In this document: one piece after another, positions 28,094-32,000 of the stretch
Position numbering within the stretch: position 1 is the first letter of the stretch
Layout: each line of letters begins with the position of its first letter
Assembly: GCF_019464535.1 (NCBI RefSeq)
Contig: NZ_CP080507.1
Location: 4,080,001-4,112,000, forward strand
Length of the DNA stretch: 32,000 nucleotides
Reading direction: 5' to 3'
Origin: Horticoccus luteus
GTDB lineage: Bacteria; Verrucomicrobiota; Verrucomicrobiia; Opitutales; Opitutaceae
Notes under the pieces: model-generated
Seen by the model: the letters and a program-made list of their open reading frames with translations, nothing else
The model's database searches: none
What the model was told of the DNA's origin: nothing
Position numbers and translations under genes: made by a program

Positions 28094-30085
28094 CTACACC
28101 TGATCGACGTTTTCGCCGGCGATGAGGTTTTCTGCGAGCTGCTGATCCTGCGCGGCCACCATCCGGCGTTGCACATACGCCTGCTTCTGCGCGCGCTTTT
28201 GCGCCAGATGCAGCGCCCACGCGGCGACTTTGCGCGAACCCGGCGGATGTCGCCGCAGCACGGCGAGCACCAGCCGCTGCACCGGCGGCGGCAGAAAGCG
28301 CTCCACCAACTCGTCCTCAAACGACGCGAACGTGTGCGTGCTGCCGGGATCGCCTTGACGGCCCGCGCGCCCGCGCAACTGGCGGTCGATGCGCCCCGAC
28401 TCGTGCAGCTCCGTTAAGATCACGTGCAACCCGCCGTGACCGGCGACTCCGTGGCCCAGGCGAATATCGGTGCCGCGCCCCGCCATGTTGGTCGCGATGG
28501 TGATGGAGTTGGGCTCGCCCGCGAGACTCACGATCGCGGCCTCCTCCTTGTGCCGCACCGCATTGAGAATCGAGAACGTGAAGCCGCGCGCCGTGAGCAA
28601 ATGGCCCAGATGCTCGCTTGCCGCAACGCTCCGCGTGCCGACGAGAATCGGCTGCCCCTGCGCGTGCAATCGCTCGATTTCGGCGACGATCGCCTTCCAT
28701 TTTTCCGCCGCCGTCACAAAAAACTCTTCGCGCCATTCGGCGCGCACGCACGGCCGATGCGGCGGGATGACCACGAGCGGCAGTTCATACATGCGCCAGA
28801 ATTCGTTGCTCGCTTCCGCCCCCGTGCCGGTGATGCCCGAGAGCAGCCGGAACAACCGGAAAAACCGCTGGAAACTCAGCCGTGCGAGCGACTCCGCGGG
28901 ATTCGTGACCGACACACCTTCCTTCGCCTGCACGGCCTGGTGCAGACCCAGCCGCCACGTGCGACCCGGCATCAAACGACCGGTGAATTCATCGACGATG
29001 ATCACCTGCCCGTCGACCACGACGTATTGCTTGTCGCGCAGAAAAAAGTGCCGCGCATGCAGCGCCTGCGTGACGAGCGTCTCCATCCACGCCGGATGGG
29101 AAAAAACGCCCTCCCCGTGCTCGCGGCACCACGCCGCCACCTTGCCGTGCGCGAGTTCGAGCAGCTTCACTTCCTTGAACTGCACGTTGAGCTCGTAGTC
29201 CTCCCCGACGAGCAGGCTCGCCGCCAGCCGATCCGCCAGCCGCGACGCGTGCAGCAAATCCGCGTTCTCCTGCTCCCGGCTGATGATCAACGGCGTCACC
29301 GCTTCGTCGATCATCTGGTTGTCCGCTTCGTCGACGATCGCCGAATACAACCCACGCTGCACCAGCGGCTGCGTGCCCTGCGGCAGTTTCAGAAAACGCG
29401 CCACCGTGCGCCGTCCCGGATCGGTCAACGGCCCGAGCGCCAGCCGGTCGCGCAGAAAATCCGCCACCAGTTCCTTGCTCGTCGTATAGACGACGCCGGC
29501 GAGATAGTTCGACCGTCGATCCTCCTGCGACATCGGCGCCGAGATGTGCCCGGCGCGCAAACCGCAGGCGCGGTAAAGCGGCGCCAGTTCATTCGCGTCG
29601 CGCTCCGCCAGGTAGTCGTTGGCGGTGATCACGTGGCACGGCAGCCCGAGCCAGCCGAGCGGCACCGCCGCGAGGGAAATCGTCAGCGTTTTGCCCTCGC
29701 CCGTCGCCATCTCCACCAGCCGCCCATGCGCAATGCCGAGCGCGCCCATGATTTGCACCCGATAAGGCCGCAAACCGATTTCGCGGTGCGCCGTCTCCAC
29801 GACCGCGGGCAGCACCTCCTCGAAGATCGAGATCCAGTCGCGGCCGCGCCGCCGCACTTTCGCCCGGCATGCTCGCAGCAAATCCCGCAACTCCAGTTCG
29901 TGCAGCGTCCGCAATGCCTCCGCGGCCGTCTCGATGCGGCCGGCCGACTCCCACAGCTCGCGTTGAAAGCGGCGCCGGCTTTTCCACGCGCCATGCGCGC
30001 GATGCACGAGCGAGTCGAGCCCCTCCGGCAGTTTTTCCAGGCGGCGCGTTTCCGTGCGCCGCACTTCTTCCATCGGCAGCGGCAT
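28094..30085 (-). CDS. truncated SecA-like ATPase (SecA2-type paralog lacking helical-wing and C-terminal domains)
   Basis: 663 aa. Motifs seen: Walker A MATGEGKTL (nt 29687..29710), DEAD-like VDEADNQMIDEAVTPLIIS, FQRFFRLFRLLSGITGTG, TNMAGRGTDI and RGRAGRQGDPGST. The protein ends shortly after the start of the scaffold helix (LHLAQKRAQKQAYVQRR). The ATG lies 3 nt after the upstream stop codon. Confidence 0.8.
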   Translation of the reverse strand: MPLPMEEVRRTETRRLEKLPEGLDSLVHRAHGAWKSRRRFQRELWESAGRIETAAEALRTLHELELRDLLRACRAKVRRRGRDWISIFEEVLPAVVETAHREIGLRPYRVQIMGALGIAHGRLVEMATGEGKTLTISLAAVPLGWLGLPCHVITANDYLAERDANELAPLYRACGLRAGHISAPMSQEDRRSNYLAGVVYTTSKELVADFLRDRLALGPLTDPGRRTVARFLKLPQGTQPLVQRGLYSAIVDEADNQMIDEAVTPLIISREQENADLLHASRLADRLAASLLVGEDYELNVQFKEVKLLELAHGKVAAWCREHGEGVFSHPAWMETLVTQALHARHFFLRDKQYVVVDGQVIIVDEFTGRLMPGRTWRLGLHQAVQAKEGVSVTNPAESLARLSFQRFFRLFRLLSGITGTGAEASNEFWRMYELPLVVIPPHRPCVRAEWREEFFVTAAEKWKAIVAEIERLHAQGQPILVGTRSVAASEHLGHLLTARGFTFSILNAVRHKEEAAIVSLAGEPNSITIATNMAGRGTDIRLGHGVAGHGGLHVILTELHESGRIDRQLRGRAGRQGDPGSTHTFASFEDELVERFLPPPVQRLVLAVLRRHPPGSRKVAAWALHLAQKRAQKQAYVQRRMVAAQDQQLAENLIAGENVDQV

Positions 30086-30088
30086 CGG

Positions 30089-32000
30089 CTAAAGCTGGTA
30101 GTGAGATTGCAACAACTGCCGGAAGTCCCGGCCCCATTGCACGAGCAGCGGCGACCACGGCAGATCGAAGCGGATCACGCCCGTTCGCCCGTGCCACACC
30201 ACGTGGCCCTCTTTCGCCGCCGCCCCGGTCGGCGCCGGCACGCGCGCCACGACGAGAAAGAAAGGTTCGGCCGACCGCAGGCCGCGCGGATCGTCCATGC
30301 GCACGCGCACCGCGCCACCCGTCGCCCAGCCCAACGCCGGCGAAGGCAGCACGTCCTGCCGGCCCGGCACCACGCGCCAGTCGGTCACGCGCAAATCCCG
30401 CCCGGAAGAGCCTTGGAAACGCACCTCCGCGCCATGCAGGTGTCCGCCGAACAAATCGCCCGCGAAGTCCTGCGGCACGACCGCGTAAAAATCCCACAAC
30501 GGCCCGTCGCCGACGAGCTCGCCCACCATCGTCCCGCGCGCCATCCACGTGCCCAGCATGTCATCGCTGTGGGCGGAAACCCATTCGCCCGTCACCGGCG
30601 CGCGAAAATCCAGTTGCTCCTGATCGTGCTCGAGCTGCGCCAGCAACATCTCCACCGATTCGCGCCGCTTCTTCATCGGTGCAATCCCCGCAGCCAATTC
30701 CGTCAGCATCTGCCGCTCCCGCGCGGCCGCTTGTTCCAGATTTGCGCGCGCCGACGCGATCGACAGCGCCAGTTCAGGGTTCTGCAACGTGACCAACGGC
30801 GCGCCTTGCTGTACGCTGGTTCCGCTGGGCACCGCAAAGGATTCCGCCCAGCCGTCGACCGGCGTGAGCACTGTCATCGAGCCCGCGGCCCGCACCACCC
30901 CCGCTGCACGAAAATGCCGCGGAAACGGCACCACCCCCAACAAAATCACAATGACCGCGAGGGCGCCGAACGTCACACCCCACGCCCGTTTGCGCACCCG
31001 CTGGATGCGCGGCTCCCGCGTCAGGTAACGCAGCCCGCCGACGACCGGCATCACAAACGCACCGATGAACGTCACCACACCCGCGAGCAGCCCGATGCCG
31101 AAGTAGCGATCCGCCACGAGCAGGATGATCGAGACCGTGATGAGAATGCGATAAACCCAGCTCGCCACGCCGTAAATCGACAGCCACACCGCTTCCTTCC
31201 GGCTGCGCGCCGGGCTCTCGGTGAATTTGCCGCCAAACGCATATTTCTCGATCATGTGCAGCCACTGGCGCGCCGCCCGCGGCTGCAAATTCGGCGAGTC
31301 GGTCAGATCCGCGAGAATATAATAGCCGTCAAAGCGCAGCAGCGGATTGATATTGAAAATCACCGTGGAGACCGACGCCACGATCATGACGTTATACGCG
31401 AGACTGTTGAGCAGCCCGGCGCCGGTGTTGGCCCAGACGAGCGCCGCGATGCTCGCGAAAAACAACTCCGGGATCATGCCCGCGCAGCCCACCATCACGC
31501 GTTTCCACCGCTCGCGAAAGGCCCAGGCGGCCGTCGCGTCCACATACGGAATCGGCGTGAACACCAGCAGGGTCACACCCATCGCGTGCACCTCGCCCCC
31601 GAATTTTTTCACCGCAAACGCGTGACCGAATTCGTGCACCAGCTTCGCCATCGCGAAGCCGAGATACAACAGGAGGAGGTTGCCCGGTTCGAGAATGCTC
31701 TGCGTCTGGTCCTGCGCCTGATCCCAGTGGTTGATGACCGCCGACAGCCCCAGCCCCACCATCACGATCCACAGCAACCCCGCGCCCGGCGTGCAAAGCC
31801 ATTTCACCACCGGCCACAAGCGCCGCAGAATCGGCTCCGGATCGAGCAGGCGGATACGCAAAAAGAAGATGCCGAAAATCTGTGACTTGATCTCCTGCTG
31901 CACCCGCTTCTGGTGCCGTTGAAACAATTGCGCCGTGTCCGCCGGCACATCCGACGCGATCAGGTTGGATTGATACAACTGCGCCAGCATCGAGACGATC
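30089..32000 (-). CDS. peptidase M50 (site-2-protease-like) fused to a HlyD-type membrane-fusion/adaptor domain; 5-prime end beyond the window
   Basis: The reading frame stays open to the window edge. The HExxH motif is seen as LVHEFGHAF (nt 31622..31636). The second M50 motif is NINPLLRFDGYY. There are multiple transmembrane helices. The C-terminal part has a barrel-sandwich / coiled-coil pattern (VLTPVDGWAE...VQQGAPLVTLQNPEL...coiled coil...FRAPVTGEWV), typical of HlyD/MFP proteins. Confidence 0.75.
   Translation of the reverse strand, partial: IVSMLAQLYQSNLIASDVPADTAQLFQRHQKRVQQEIKSQIFGIFFLRIRLLDPEPILRRLWPVVKWLCTPGAGLLWIVMVGLGLSAVINHWDQAQDQTQSILEPGNLLLLYLGFAMAKLVHEFGHAFAVKKFGGEVHAMGVTLLVFTPIPYVDATAAWAFRERWKRVMVGCAGMIPELFFASIAALVWANTGAGLLNSLAYNVMIVASVSTVIFNINPLLRFDGYYILADLTDSPNLQPRAARQWLHMIEKYAFGGKFTESPARSRKEAVWLSIYGVASWVYRILITVSIILLVADRYFGIGLLAGVVTFIGAFVMPVVGGLRYLTREPRIQRVRKRAWGVTFGALAVIVILLGVVPFPRHFRAAGVVRAAGSMTVLTPVDGWAESFAVPSGTSVQQGAPLVTLQNPELALSIASARANLEQAAARERQMLTELAAGIAPMKKRRESVEMLLAQLEHDQEQLDFRAPVTGEWVSAHSDDMLGTWMARGTMVGELVGDGPLWDFYAVVPQDFAGDLFGGHLHGAEVRFQGSSGRDLRVTDWRVVPGRQDVLPSPALGWATGGAVRVRMDDPRGLRSAEPFFLVVARVPAPTGAAAKEGHVVWHGRTGVIRFDLPWSPLLVQWGRDFRQLLQSHYQL

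Noticed and set aside
27109-28320. The 5-prime 404 codons of the 877-aa ORF 25687..28320, which would extend the RumA-like protein.
   Set aside because: This part is antisense to the well-supported TrmH-like gene. RumA-family proteins begin at the TRAM domain, which starts right after the GTG at 27108.
28424-31885. Uninterrupted 1153-aa ORF on the plus strand that spans both the SecA-like and M50-HlyD genes in antisense.
   Set aside because: The translation is dominated by R/H/P/Q runs (for example RRRHRFVDHLVVRFVDDRR) and has no recognisable motifs. The minus-strand frames carry complete SecA and M50/HlyD motif sets. This is a classic shadow ORF of GC3-rich genes.

Overview
High-GC window (about 70% in a coding sample I hand-counted), densely packed with 23 supportable protein-coding genes on both strands. 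I found no rRNA, tRNA, CRISPR array, transposase or integrase. The pseudopilin-like IPAFQKVR module, the truncated SecA paralog and the GC content suggest a PVC-superphylum genome, possibly an Opitutaceae-like Verrucomicrobiota. This placement is inference only.

Most genes are housekeeping:
- Nucleotide, cofactor and amino-acid metabolism: purC, gdhA, pdxH, a HisJ/PHP phosphatase, an M20 deacylase and an LplA-like ligase.
- DNA repair: cinA and uvrC.
- RNA modification: rlmN, an RlmI/K-like methyltransferase, and a divergent RumA-like / TrmH-like pair.

The ORF track contains many long R/P/H-rich antisense shadow ORFs, as expected at this GC content. I rejected these.

The most interesting loci are:
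1. At the 3-prime end on the minus strand, a truncated SecA paralog (663 aa, no wing or C-terminal domains) starts 3 nt after the stop of a peptidase-M50 / HlyD-like adaptor fusion. This looks like a dedicated, uncharacterised export or processing module. Its upstream part lies outside the window.
2. A 751-aa orphan protein with a canonical EF-hand loop and C-terminal transmembrane helices. It is divergently paired with a lipoprotein whose C-terminus carries an embedded, non-cleavable pseudopilin-like module.
3. A DUF3127-type OB-fold protein that ends in MDLDEDPPF, nearly identical to the E. coli SSB C-terminal tip.
4. A 979-aa protein with a six-Asp-box propeller and no clear export signal.
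5. A histidine kinase with a degenerate receiver domain, translationally overlapped with pdxH.
6. A lower-GC convergent spacer of 314 bp (about 55% GC over the 180 nt I counted) containing a small ORF preceded by a Shine-Dalgarno sequence.
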